DNA of 64,000 nt from Octopus sinensis (taxonomy: Eukaryota): contig NC_043004.1 of the NCBI RefSeq assembly GCF_006345805.1, positions 72,354,001-72,418,000 on the forward strand, given 5' to 3'. The translations under genes and the position numbers were made by a program. The number at the start of each line of letters is the position of its first letter. The first letter of the stretch is position 1. Shown in pieces: positions 1 to 12,025 of this stretch. The notes beneath the pieces are model-generated. The model was not told the origin of the DNA, did not search any database, and saw only the letters and a list, made by a program, of their open reading frames with translations.

Positions 1-347
1 TTATTTTAAACCAAGTATAACGTTTCTTGGTGGGTAGGGGTAGTCAGAATACTGAGAGTAGGATTAAATTCTAATCAACTCTTATTAACTGAAATTCAGT
101 GTAATCTGAATGCTGGTTGAACCAACAGACTTAAATTCCACTCTATAGATTTCTATATATGTGCACATTTTATTGTCGGCAAGAATAGCTGCGACGAAGC
201 AGAAATTTTGGATATAGTTGGAGTACACATTTTACATAAACTTGAAATAGTAACGTCATCCAGCAGAATCAGAATTGATAGTGTTAATGGATCATCACGT
301 AATGTGAATGGCCATGAGAGTGAACAAACTCAGAATGACAGGAATTC

Positions 348-510
348 GATTATTTACATTATTTACATTATTTACATTCGACAGATATTTGTCCTCATCT
401 TGTTTGTTAACACAACGTTTCAACTGATATACCCTCCAGCCTTCTTCAGGTGTCTTGGGGAAATTTGGAACCTGGGTTCTCATTCCTAGGGAATTTTTTG
501 TATTTTTCGA

Positions 511-553
<43 letters not shown>

Positions 554-645
554 GTTGTTGTTGTTCAAGTCACTGCTTGGAATCGAACGCGGAATCTTTG
601 GGTTAATAGCCCGCGCTCTTAACCACTACGCCATATACCCGTGGG
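348..645 (-). mobile_element. Non-autonomous element: tRNA-like head + (AAT)n + hammerhead ribozyme + (ATGTAAATA)n tail (same module as the PLE termini at 29818-30075 and 32090-32360)
   Basis: The minus strand reads GGCGTAGTGGTTAAGAGCGCGGG...GTTCGATTCC (A/B-box-like), then AAT repeats, then CTGAAGA...GAAACGTT. Two homologous copies lie later in the window. Confidence 0.75.
410..453 (-). ncRNA. Minimal type I hammerhead ribozyme
   Basis: ACAC-CTGAAGA-a-GGCTG gagggtatat CAGTT-GAAAC-GTT-GTGT. Helix I is ACAC/GTGT. Helix III is reduced to palindromic AACGTT, as in PLE minimal HHRs. Confidence 0.7.
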
Positions 646-1010
646 CATATGGCGTAGTGGTTTACATTATTTACATTATTTACATTCAACGGATATTTAT
701 CCTCATCTTGTCCTTAACAATATTCTTGATATTTGTCCTCACCACAACCACAACAACAATAACAACAACAACAATAATAATAGTAATAATAACATCGAAA
801 AATACAAAAAAGTACCTTAGGAAAGAGAAACCAGGTCGAATGTAAATAATGTAAATAATGTACATAATTCCTCATCTCTTAAATATAGAACAGGAATTCG
901 ATTAGTTTGATTTTTAAAAGTTGTTGATTTAAAAAATGTTATAAATGACAACTTAGTAAATTTCCGAGATGGAACACAGAGCGCCATTCCTATTTAAAAT
1001 CCATCAATGA

Positions 1011-1049
<39 letters not shown>

Positions 1050-1726
1050 TGTGTATACTTCGTTTTTGTATCTGGTCTGCAAGATTCTTCATGTAAATTC
1101 GTGTGTTCAAGCATATTTTGTTGTGTGTAGGGAGAGTTTATGCCAATATTATTAACATAGTGCGTGTCTTAATACTATTGTCCTAATGACTCTCTCTAGA
1201 CACAACAAAATATGTGTGTGTGTGAGTATAAAAGAGAAAAAAGCGAGTGAGAAAGTGTTTTTGTATATATACAGGTCTATAAATAATTACAACACCCACC
1301 CAACCACAATCATACACATCCACACACATTTACTGCTAGATAAATGAGCGTCGAAAACACGGTCTCACTTCTACTTATTATATTCCGGTATTTCTTGTTT
1401 CTCTCATTTCTTTTCCTTCTCTTTGATAATATGTATACCCAAAGCATTGGATTTTCGAGGGGATGGGTCATTCACGCATTTATTTTCATTGTCCACACTC
1501 TTACATTGTTTTCTTTCATTTCATATTTCCACCATGTGTTTTATTCGTCTGACTTTATGCATTATTTTCTTGCTTGTCACTTCCTTGTTCCATAATCTTA
1601 CTGGATTTATTTATGATTATTAACTGCTTATCTGCCAATGTATCTGTTTATATATCTATCTATGTGACTACATTATTGTGTATATGTGTTTATATGCCTC
1701 TTTATAATTGTAAGTGTATATATATA

Positions 1727-1770
<44 letters not shown>

Positions 1771-1915
1771 AGCAATAAAGATTCAAGTTAATTTTAAAAA
1801 AATTTACTTGAATATGGTACCTAACTTAGATGCACCAAAAAAAACTATACTGATTTAACAATACAGTAATGTGGGGTGATTATAAGCGAGAAAGAAGCAA
1901 CAAGAATGGATAGGT

Positions 1916-2006
1916 TTTTAGTACGATCGTTTCATACAAGGACAGGTTTTATTAAAAGTTGCAAAGATTACAGCATATAAACGAGTCCCGTACTCATCAG
2001 CTAAAA
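1916..2006 (-). ncRNA. Type I hammerhead ribozyme (left arm of palindrome)
   Basis: Reverse-complement copy of the 2849-2939 motif. Confidence 0.8.
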
Positions 2007-2848
2007 TACATGTAAGTTCTCTAGACATCCTAGTGTTTGAGGCTATACTCATGAAGTAATGTAGATAATTAAACAGATTTCTAAAGTTCATTAAAGTTCT
2101 TTAAAGATGATGTACAGTCTTATCACAGAATTTTAAAAAAGTTTTGATAGCATCACAGAGAAGGTGACCTAATCCATATGAATTTCCATAGATATGATGA
2201 GGGATTATATACTCACAGAAGACAAATTTATCCATTGTTAATTACAACGAGGTGGGTCTCAATTCCTGCTTATTAGCATTACAGAGAGGGTGAATTAATC
2301 CTTTGTATATATGCACAGATTCCAATGGTGTAGATGTAAATTTCCAGAGAAATGGAGATGAATTTCATATTCTACAGCCTCTTGTGAATAGCAGTAATGT
2401 GATTAATATGGCAAACACCTAATCATATAACAAGGATTGATACCTACCTCATTGTGTTCAACCATTGTAAAATTTATCGCCTGTGAATATGAAATTCATC
2501 TCCATTTCTCTGGAAATTTACATCTACACCATTGGAATCTGTGCATATATACAAGGATTAATTCACCCTCTCTGTAATGCTAATAAGCAGGAATTGAGAC
2601 CCACCTCGTTGTAATTAACAATGGATAAATTTGTCTTCTGTGAGTATATAATCCCTCATCATATCTATGAAATTCATATGGATTAGGTCACCTTCTCTGT
2701 GATGCTATCAAAACTTTTTTAAAATTCTGTGATAAGACTGTACATCATCTTTAAAGAACTTTAATGAACTTTAGAAATCTGTTTAATTATCTACATTACT
2801 TCATGAGTATAGCCTCAAACACTAGGATGTCTAGAGAACTTACATGTA

Positions 2849-2939
2849 TTTTAGCTGATGAGTACGGGACTCGTTTATATGCTGTAATCTTTGCAACTTT
2901 TAATAAAACCTGTCCTTGTATGAAACGATCGTACTAAAA
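2849..2939 (+). ncRNA. Type I hammerhead ribozyme (right arm of palindrome, sense to the host gene)
   Basis: TTTTAG-CTGATGA(2855-2861)-GTACGGGAC...GTCCTTGTAT-GAAAC(2922-2926)-GATC-GTA(2931-2933)-CTAAAA. It has a 6-bp helix I, an about 9-bp helix II, a palindromic helix III and an intact core. Confidence 0.85.
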
Positions 2940-3006
2940 ACCTATCCATTCTTGTTGCTTCTTTCTCGCTTATATATATATATATATAAATATATTTCTT
3001 TTACAG

Positions 3007-3346
3007 ATGGAAATATCAAATGAATATCATTTAAATCTTCTTAAAGTGTTGCTGGCTTTGGGCCTTATCTGTTTTGTGAATTTGGCAAGTGGAAACCCAC
3101 AGGATTTTGTAGCCCAAAGTTACTTTGAAAAACTATCCGAACCAAACTGCTTGCCGGATTTACAAACGAAAGTAGTAAAATCGGCGGCATCCATAATTGA
3201 ATGTGCCTCATATTGTTTGCGAAGCAAATATACCGCCTTTAGGTATTGCGATGACGAATGTATGCTATATGAAAAGGACAAGGGAAAGATTATGATGGGA
3301 CCTAAGATCTGCTCGTGTACCCTGTATTTTAAATTAGACACTGACG
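3007..3346 (+). CDS. First coding exon of a secreted PAN/apple-domain protein (signal peptide + PAN-like Cys pattern)
   Basis: A polypyrimidine tract and CAG directly precede the ATG at 3007. The N-terminus is hydrophobic (LLKVLLALGLICFVNLASG). SIIECASYC...AFRY...CMLY fits a PAN/apple fold. Donor G|GTATGT at 3347 (phase 1). Confidence 0.88.
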
Positions 3347-3401
3347 GTATGTAAATAACACTTTCTTGAAATTAAATTATTTCCATTATATTTCATTTCA
3401 G

Positions 3402-3425
3402 GTGTTATGCCTTATGCAGTACAAG
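3402..3425 (+). CDS. Micro-exon (G)VMPYAVQ of the PAN-domain gene
   Basis: Follows a 55-nt intron (3347-3401) ending TTTCATTTCAG. Donor AAG|GTAAAT. Phase 1 to phase 1 preserves the frame. Confidence 0.6.
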
Positions 3426-3544
3426 GTAAATACACTACCATTTGTAGATACAATGGTAGTGTATCTACCTGCTACGTGTAGATATACTAACCAGTATTCT
3501 CGTAGCGGGAGCGTATGCATTAGCCCACAGCTTCCCACCTCATA

Positions 3545-3875
3545 GCTATCCGTCGCATGCACCGGTACGGACACGCTGGCCATCTCCCGCTAAATCATCC
3601 GACCAGGGCGTTACTTTCATTCAACGCAGCAGCTGCGGGATCCAAGAGGCCTCGTGGCTGGAAGAGGCACCAGATGGCTGGGCGTGATTAAGCCCTTGTG
3701 ACAGGCCCTGCACCAGATGGCTGGACATGATAAAGCAAGATCGCGAGAGGCTTCACGTCGCCTTCGAGGATGCAAAGTAGCTGGCTCGAACTGCCAGGTA
3801 TGGAGAACACTGATGAAGCAAGCCGGCTCTCCGCATGATGACATCTCTAGAACCACTGACCTGAGATGACCCTCG
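3545..3875 (+). mobile_element. RTE-clade LINE 3' fragment
   Basis: Translates to RPCTRWLDMIKQDRERLHVAFEDAK*LAR, a typical RTE C-terminal motif. Confidence 0.7.
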
Positions 3876-4049
3876 TCTCATCAAGCAAGAGCATGAATCA
3901 ATCAAGAAATATTCTGGTCGCGTATCAAACTTAGGCTGCATCTGTCTTCTTTTCCAGTTCGTTTGTCTACTCAGTAAATCAGTTGATAGGTTGATTTCTT
4001 CATTCTTCATTCATTCATTTGTCCATTTTGTAGTGAATCAGAAAATATT

Positions 4050-4861
4050 CCTTTCTACTCTAGGCACAAGGCCTCAAATTTTGGGGGAGTGTGGGCCAGT
4101 CGATTAGATTGACCACAGTATGCAACTGGTACCTAATTTATCGACCCCGAAAGGATGAAAGGAAAGTCGACTTCGGCAGAATTTGAACTCAGAACGTAAA
4201 GGCAGACGAAATACCGCTAAACATGTCACCCGGTGTGCTAACGTTTCTGACAGCTCCCCGTCTTTGAATCAGAAAATATTCTTTTCTACTCTAGGAACAA
4301 GGCCCGAAATTTTGGGTGAAGTGGTCAGTCGATGAGATCGAGCCCAGTACACAAATGGTATTTAATTTATCAACTCTGAAAGGATGAAGGACAAAGTCGA
4401 CCTCAGAGGAGTTTGATCTCAGAACGTAATGACAGACGAAATACCTATTTCTTTACTACCCACAAGGGACTAAACACAGAGAGGAAAAACAAGAACAGAC
4501 AAACGGATTAAGTCGATTATATCGACCCCAGTGCGTAACTGGTACTTATTTAATCCACCCCGAAAGGATGAAAGGAAAGTCGACTTCGGCAGAATTTGAA
4601 CTCAGAACGTAAAGGCAGACGAAATACCTATTTCTTTACTACCCACAAGGGGCTAGACACAGAGGGAATAAACAAGACAGTCAAACGGAGTAAGTCGATT
4701 ACATCGACCCCCTGTGCGTAACTGGTGCTTAATTTATCGACCCCGAAAGGATTAAAGGCAAAGTCGACTTCAGTTGAATTTGAACTCAGCACGTAGCGGC
4801 AGACGAAATACCGAAAAGCATTTCGTCCGGCGTGCTAACGATTCTTCTAGCTCGCCGCCTT
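4050..4861 (-). mobile_element. Two tandem tRNA-derived SINEs (family with internal about 183-bp modules)
   Basis: Reverse complement of the AAGGCGGCGAGCTGGCAGAA...GAGTTCAAATTC head. The 16-bp direct repeat TGAATCAGAAAATATT occurs at 4034, 4265 and 4862. Confidence 0.85.
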
Positions 4862-4940
4862 TGAATCAGAAAATATTGAATCTACAATGTTGAAGTTATT
4901 AAACAAAAACTGCTTAATAAACTTTAATAAATATTTCTCT

Positions 4941-5345
4941 TAAGGCGGCGAGCTGGCAGAAACGTTAGCACGCCGGGCGAAATGCTTAGAAGTATTTCGT
5001 CTGCCGCTACGTTCTGAGTTCAAATTCCGCCGAGGTCGACTTTGCCTTTGATCATTTCGGGGTCGATTAAATAAGTACCAGTTACGCACTGGGGTCGATA
5101 TAATCGACTTAATCCGTTTGTCTGTCCTTGTTTGTCCCCTCGTGTTTAGCCCCTTGTGGGTAGTAAAGAAATAGGTATTTCGTCTGCCGTTACGTTCTGA
5201 GTTTAAATTCCGCCGAGATCGACTATGCCTTTCATCCTTTCGGAGTCGATAAATTAAATACCAGTTGCGTACTAGGGTCGATCTTTTCGACAGACCCCCC
5301 TACCTCCGCAAACATTTCGGGCCTTGTTCCTAGAGTAGAAAAGAT
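4941..5345 (+). mobile_element. tRNA-derived SINE, same family
   Basis: Head TAAGGCGGCGAGCTGGCAGAAACGTTAGCACG with a B-box-like GAGTTCAAATTCC. Flanked by the direct repeat TAAATATTTCTC. Confidence 0.85.
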
Positions 5346-5599
5346 TAAATATTTCTCCTTATAATTTGTGTCTTTTGCGTTTTAGTTTTGAAAAATTAAC
5401 TTTAGCAAATTATTTGGACATTTTTGGCAAACTACGAGTTACAACGAAAATAAGATGCAAAAGAAAATACGCTGGGGCAAAATTCAACGGCAACAAAGAA
5501 TTTTGTCTTTCACTGCTTCAAGACAATTGAATTTGGTAATTCATTAGAATTACAAAATACATTAAATTCTGAGCAGAAGTGTAGAAGAATACTCTGTAG

Positions 5600-6200
5600 A
5601 TTTCATTCGTGAAATTCATTATTTAGTATAATGTCAAATGTAAGGCCGAATGGAATCGGTTGCGCCACTGATACAATCCAGTGCCGTATCTAATAACGTC
5701 GCTTTCAATTCTATCAATGTCCGCTAGCGTCTATAATCTAAGCACCAGCTAATTACTATGGTCCTTGAGATAGTCTGTACCCTCTCCTTAAATCTATGGA
5801 ACTCTCCCAATCACAAATTAATATTAGGTCCAATAATTTCGTTTTAAAATATTACAAAATATCAGGGCAAATCGAACGTAGAATACATTGTCTACGTGTC
5901 TACTTTACTATTTCATTCGGTTATGTAACTGGGATTTTGGTGGTCTGCAATAGATTACCACCATATGTAGAATGATTTAGTATCTACTGAAGATATTTCC
6001 TTATTTTGGACCAACAAGACTAAAATATACCCGTAGGTGTCCCCTTGCCGGGAAGCAAACGGCAGTTCTTTTCCTTGCTGCAGGTAAATAAATTTTAAAT
6101 TTCTTGAAATTATCTCCATTTTCCTTTCAAAGTCACGGAATGGTAACAGTAGGTTTTTGTTTGCTCCCTCTCCAACTAAAAGGGAAATTTTACTGAAGGA
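5600..6200 (-). pseudogene. Highly decayed APE endonuclease remnant of a LINE
   Basis: Broken minus-strand motifs MVVIYCRPP and NINL*LGEFH resemble the APE motifs IYRPP and LGDFN. Confidence 0.4.
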
Positions 6201-6988
6201 CAAGTTATGAGAAATGTAAGTGGTGTAAATATTCCTCTATCAATCAGTCTTTTTAAATGAACTTACTGAGACGATTAAAACACCTTACGGTCTTAATCGA
6301 AAAATAATTACAAAAACTGTTCGTATAACAATTAATTCAAATGAACTCTTATAGTCATTAAAGTGACAAAATCAATTCTTCAATATATTTATTCTCATAA
6401 CAAAACTGCTTTTAAGCAATGAAACACTACAAGATTGTGTCATAGCATGGCTCCAGCTTGACCGTAACCAGCAAAACTGTATTCAGTCTGACTAAATCAA
6501 ATCTTTTGTAGATAGATATCTTCTCTGAATAATTTATTCTCTGAAAAACTGTTAGTTTTCTACACCAACAAGGGTACATTCTTGTATATTTACTTAGCAC
6601 TTCTCCAACCGCCACTTCAGAAAGTACATGGAAGTCAATACCCCACTGATGAGGACGTAATAAAACAGAAGCATGTTAGTTATTATTTCCTCTATTTGAG
6701 GAAATAAATTAGAATTATACTACTACATATTAATGTTCTAGATTTTTTTTTTTTGATTTTTTCCTTTGCCCAACACTACCTAAACTGTTTTTCAGGTAGA
6801 TGGCATATATGAATTAGTCATTAAGAAATATCATTTTTCTAATATTAATTAAGAACCTGTATTCCCATGATATTTATCAATTAGACTTTTTATTCGTAAC
6901 TCTTTCTCTAAAATATGAAATTTTAGCTTAAAGCCTTGTTTGTAATCTTACAACTAAAACATTCGTTAATAATTTATCCTTCACACAG

Positions 6989-7083
6989 GTCCAGATAATT
7001 ATGTGAACATGTTTGAAATGACTGCAGATGGCTTTACAAAAAATCCTCTTTATCTGTATTGGGACAGTTTGCCTATTAAAGAG
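6989..7083 (+). CDS. Internal exon (G)PDNYVNMFEMTADGFTKNPLYLYWDSLPIKE
   Basis: Acceptor TTATCCTTCACACAG and donor GAG|GTAAAA. It is 95 nt, open, phase 1 to phase 0, and compatible with the flanking exons. Confidence 0.8.
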
Positions 7084-7249
7084 GTAAAACAATTTTCAGT
7101 TTTTCTTAAATGATTGTCTTCTAAAAAAGGTAAACAAAATAACACAAAGATCGCCTGCTTCTTTTGAATTTGGTTTCTAAGATTCCTGATGTAAATTCGT
7201 GGGTAGAATCAAAGTTTCGGTATATCTCAAGGTGTGTCATTATTTACAC

Positions 7250-7770
<521 letters not shown>

Positions 7771-7849
7771 CGGCCAATTAAAAACACATGACCTGGTTCC
7801 ATTACACTAATTTATTATGTATTTCACAATGGGTTAACTATTTAACGGA

Positions 7850-8880
7850 ATCTCCAACATTATCAACGGTGTAAAAGTGACTAGCAGAATTTAAGAGTGG
7901 AACGGAGAGGGCCCAAAGTCTAGACGTCCTGCATCTGCCAGCACCGAGGAAAACATGATGATGGATGGCAGGCGGTTGATTTCTATTCAAATAGTCAATG
8001 CTATTATCATCACATGTCTTGTAAGTGCGTTCAGAATATTCTGCGCAATGAACTTGGCACGACGAACGCTTCTGCTCGGTGGGTGCCAAGTCTTCTCTTA
8101 CTTGATCAAAAGCACACCAGGTCGATCACATCATGGCAAAATCTGACATTGTTTGAAGCAGATTCAGCTGATTTCCCTGAGTAATTTCTAACTCAGGATG
8201 AGTGTTGGTTTCATCACTTTGATCCAGAGACAAAGAGAATGAATGCAGTGGAAATGCCCTTCTTCGCCTTCTCCAAAGAAGGTCGAAGTTGTTTCATCTG
8301 CGGAGGACGTGACAGCCTTAGTTGTGGGGACTGCAAAAGTATTGTGTTTATTGACTATCTTCAAATGGGCCAAATTATCAATGGAAAGTATTATGCCAAC
8401 TTGCCGAGGCACTTACGAAAGGCAATCAAGACCAAAGGCCCAAGAAAACTGACCAGAGGGATCTTGTCGCATTAGGAAAACTCTCCAACATACAAGTCCT
8501 TGATTTCAATGGCTATTGAGCGTGGCTGTAGCTTTGAATTGCTTGATCACAGTCCCTATTCTTCTGATTAGGCCTTATTTCACTATCATTTGTTCCCCCA
8601 ACGTGCAAAAACACTTGGCTGGATGCCAGCATCACAGTGATGATGATCTCGTATCTGCTGCTGATGACGTTTTTGACCAGCAGGATGAAAGGTTCTTCAT
8701 CATTGGGATCCAAACACTGCAACACTGATTGAAGGAGTATGTGGACGGACTGCAAGGAGCATTATAGGGAGAGTACTATGCCAATTTGCTGAGGCAGTTA
8801 CGAAAGGCTATCGAGACCAAAAACCCAGGAAAACTGACTAACACCGATTGAAGGAGTATGTGATCTGCAAGGGGCACTAT
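7850..8880 (+). mobile_element. Degenerate mariner transposase
   Basis: Motifs ARWVP, QDECWFHHFDPETK, SIVFIDYL, HSPYSSD and HLFP are present, with stops and frameshifts. Confidence 0.88.
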
Positions 8881-9199
8881 ATTGAAAAATAGACTTCATT
8901 TGGTCACATTCCATGAGAGTATCTCAGCCGACCCTCGTACATATATGTACGTATGTATGTATGTATGTATGTATGTATGTATGTATGTATGTATGTATGT
9001 ATGTATGTGTTTATATATATATGTATGTATGTATTTATGCGTGCGTGTATGCATACATATAAAGATAGATAACATACACATAAATGGGTATGTGTGTGTG
9101 TGTGCGCGCGTATGCATGTGTGTGCGTGCGAGATATAGACAGTGGGAGAGAGAGAAGGAGCGTATTCTCGTTGAGAATATCTGATTAGAAATATAGAAG

Positions 9200-11600
9200 A
9201 AAAATTGTGAAAGTGTGCTTCAAAATACAAAGGCCTTATCGCGAAAACTTGAAAGAAATGGTGAAAGCGTTGAAAGAGTGAAGTGAGGGTTTGAAAGATT
9301 TTATAAGAGAATTGTCTCATACCAAAACCTATGGAAAGGAAATTTAGGGCTTCTAAGTTGAGACAACACAGATATTTTAAGTACAGAAAAGGGACAATTT
9401 ACTTTTCATTGCACAGAAAAACACATATCAGAAATCTTAGTGCTGTAGTAGATTACTACCCCGCCATCTGAACGCATCTTTTTCTGTAGTAAATGGAAAG
9501 CAACTTTTCGTAGCAGCTGAGGTCAGAATGACGAGAAGCCACATGTGTGGAGATGCAAACCATCTAAAAGCTTTATGTCCGGTGCACACATACAAAATGA
9601 AAGAATGAGGAATCCTCCAGCCTCTGTTTTCATCAACTTCACCATAACAGCAGCATCAGCAGCATCAACTGCAGCTGTCCGAAAAGCAACAATATAAATA
9701 TATCAACAACGGATGCACTAAAAGAACGAGATAAACAGTCAACAATATCGGCAGCAGACAGCAATGCCACTTCCAAGGAAAAGAAGAATGTGACGTACAG
9801 CGACACCACCCAAAGTGACTTTACTCAGTCAAACTCCCGACATAGAAATAATACAAGAATGCGCAAAATACCCCTTACACCTCTCACAGATTTCTCTGAA
9901 ATTGAAAACTCGACTCATGACGAACTTAGTTTGGGAGTGACAAGTAGAATAGATACTCGTAAAGGAAAAGAGATTTTAAAAAATGGAGAATTGAAAATGC
10001 TGCAGCAGACAAAACAGGAAGAGACTAGACGACAAGACACAGAAACAGACAGACCATCACACCAGGCACATCAACAACACTCACATCAACACAACCACAA
10101 ACCTTTTCAACACTAGAAACACCACCAATATTATAAACACATCGACAAACGAAGACACATCACAATGCAAGCCAACAACATGTATAGCATCCTCAAACAT
10201 TGCAATCAAAAAGTATCGTCAAATATACGACCATACACAGAACGAACAACAAAACATATTCCTCAATACTCACAATGAATTTATCACTAATCCACATAAC
10301 ATCCCAACTCATATAAGTATCATAAAAACAGTGCAATCTACAACAAACTAAAAACAAAATATCCCAAGGGGATGGAAAATTCCAAGAGCTATCAATAAAA
10401 ATTCTACAACGAGATGCTTGCAGAGATACCCATATCTAGCTGGAAGGGTGGAAAATCTATCCCTTCACAAAAATAGAGTGAGGGTTTTTTCACTCTCCTT
10501 CTCTCTCTTTGCAAAAATTTCCATACTCATAATAGGCGATGTGAATGCATATAATCTGGAGTCGCCTTGGATGCTCAATGATCTCAAGTCACTAGACATC
10601 AATGTGGTGGCTATCGGCGTGACCAGAATTTCCGAGGCACGAGCATTTGTACCCATCTTCGGTGACTACGAACTGTTTGCATCTACAAAACTTCCGGGAA
10701 TGCATGATGGAATAGTTGCGTTGTTTCGGAAAGGTCTTGATCTCTGAATACGGACCATTTTCCTAGACTCAGAAAATAAATCGGTGGAGCTGGACATGAC
10801 TTACATCATAGGCCATGCCTTCAGAATAGAAGCACAAAGGATATCCTTCTCCACATCAGACCGAAGGGCGGGGTGTTTCAACACCATATCCACTTGCCCA
10901 GTATGTGGAGTGGGTGGCAAACGCTCTCATCGCATCTATAATTTACTACCCTCTGTTTTGGTTTCCTCTAATTTGTGGATGGTGAAAATGGCGTGCTAAT
11001 TCTTCAGCTTTCTATGGAGATGACGCATTCTACTGCTCAGGCACTCCATTTGCAGTCTACATCAGCTGAGTGGAGGACTGGGTATACCGTGGCTGATGAC
11101 TTGCAGACATGCAATGAGGCTACGACATCTCCAGTGTTTCTGTGGCGGGGAGCAGGTATAGTTGCCGTTTGTTAGACACACTTTTCTGCTGCTAGTCTCT
11201 CTGTCAGTGCTGCAGTACTAGATGAAACGTTAACCGAGTCTGGGCGCCTGACAGCTGGAGAGTCCTCAGATGCTTGCATCTCTCTGCCATTAGAGCAACG
11301 CAGTCAGTGATGGATGCTATTTCGTCGTATTCCATAGAGGATTAGTGAGGTGTAAGAGCGATGTCGTCATCAGAGAACTTCTGATGGGAATCCACTGGCT
11401 GCTCTGTTCCGGAGGACTTTCGGGCCAGAGTCTATGGATAATATACAAAGATGTCTGTTATGGCAGTGGTAAGTGGTACTAGATCGGCATTGCTGGGTTG
11501 AGATGAACTCTTCGGGTATGGTAGTGCCATAAGTCATACCTGTCCGAGATGCGAGCAGAGCAACGAAACTGTCCTGCACGAGCATCATGGATTGGTGGAG
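9200..11600 (+). mobile_element. Decayed, internally deleted Tx1/L1-like LINE (ORF1 zinc knuckle, APE N-terminus, ORF2 C-terminus)
   Basis: HMCGDANHLKALCP at about 9540. APE-like NDLKSLDINVVAI..TRI at about 10575. GGLGIPWLMTCRHAMRLRHL and CPRCEQSNETVLH match the element at 53880-54390. Confidence 0.75.
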
Positions 11601-11871
11601 CTAAGGTCGAACAGTTGCTCTCTCTACCGTTTTCCTTCTTCACCTTTCTCTCCCTCTCTATCTCTTCTGTCACTTTCTTCTCTACCCTCACTCTTTTTTC
11701 TTTATGTATCCACACTCACTCACACTCTCTCACTCTTTATCCGTGTCTTCTATTTGCGTCCTCTCTCCCTCCAACTCTCTCTCTCTCTCTCTCTCTCTCC
11801 TTCTCTTTCTCTCTTTCCCGTCCCCTTTATCTCAGATTATTTCCTAATCCTCCTTTCCTTTCTACTTGCAG

Positions 11872-12025
11872 GTGAGATTAAATCTGAGAGGCGATTCCGA
11901 TGTTGTTCAACGTTATCTTTCAATGGAACGGGGTCGAATGCTTCATCGTGGTTCGAGGTAGATAAAGTTATTTCTCCAGGCACATGGACATTTAATGACA
12001 AAGAGGAATTCCTTTTCAATAATGA
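11872..12025 (+). CDS. Internal exon VRLNLRGDSDVVQ/(frameshift)/SFNGTGSNASSWFEVDKVISPGTWTFNDKEEFLFNN
   Basis: Acceptor TTTCTACTTGCAG and donor GA|GTATAT. It is 154 nt, but 155 are needed to link a phase 0 start to the phase 2 exon at 19543, implying a missing base near 11905-11922. Confidence 0.7.

Larger units (their letters stand above)
1881..2974. repeat. Long near-perfect inverted repeat (about 495 bp arms, about 103 bp spacer)
   Basis: 1881 TATAAGCGAGAAAGAAGCAACAAG... is the reverse complement of ...CTTGTTGCTTCTTTCTCGCTTATA at 2974. The match continues inward to about 2377/2481 with only a few 1-nt indels. Confidence 0.97.

Noticed and set aside
3402-3482. Read-through of the micro-exon to a stop (GVMPYAVQGKYTTICRYNGSVSTCYV*) with a small internal hairpin
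   Set aside because: A good donor at 3426 and phase-matched downstream exons favour splicing. It could exist as a minor short isoform but is unsupported.
6644-6680. CTGATGAGGAC...AAAAC motif
   Set aside because: The GAAA box and helices are degenerate, so at most a decayed relic.
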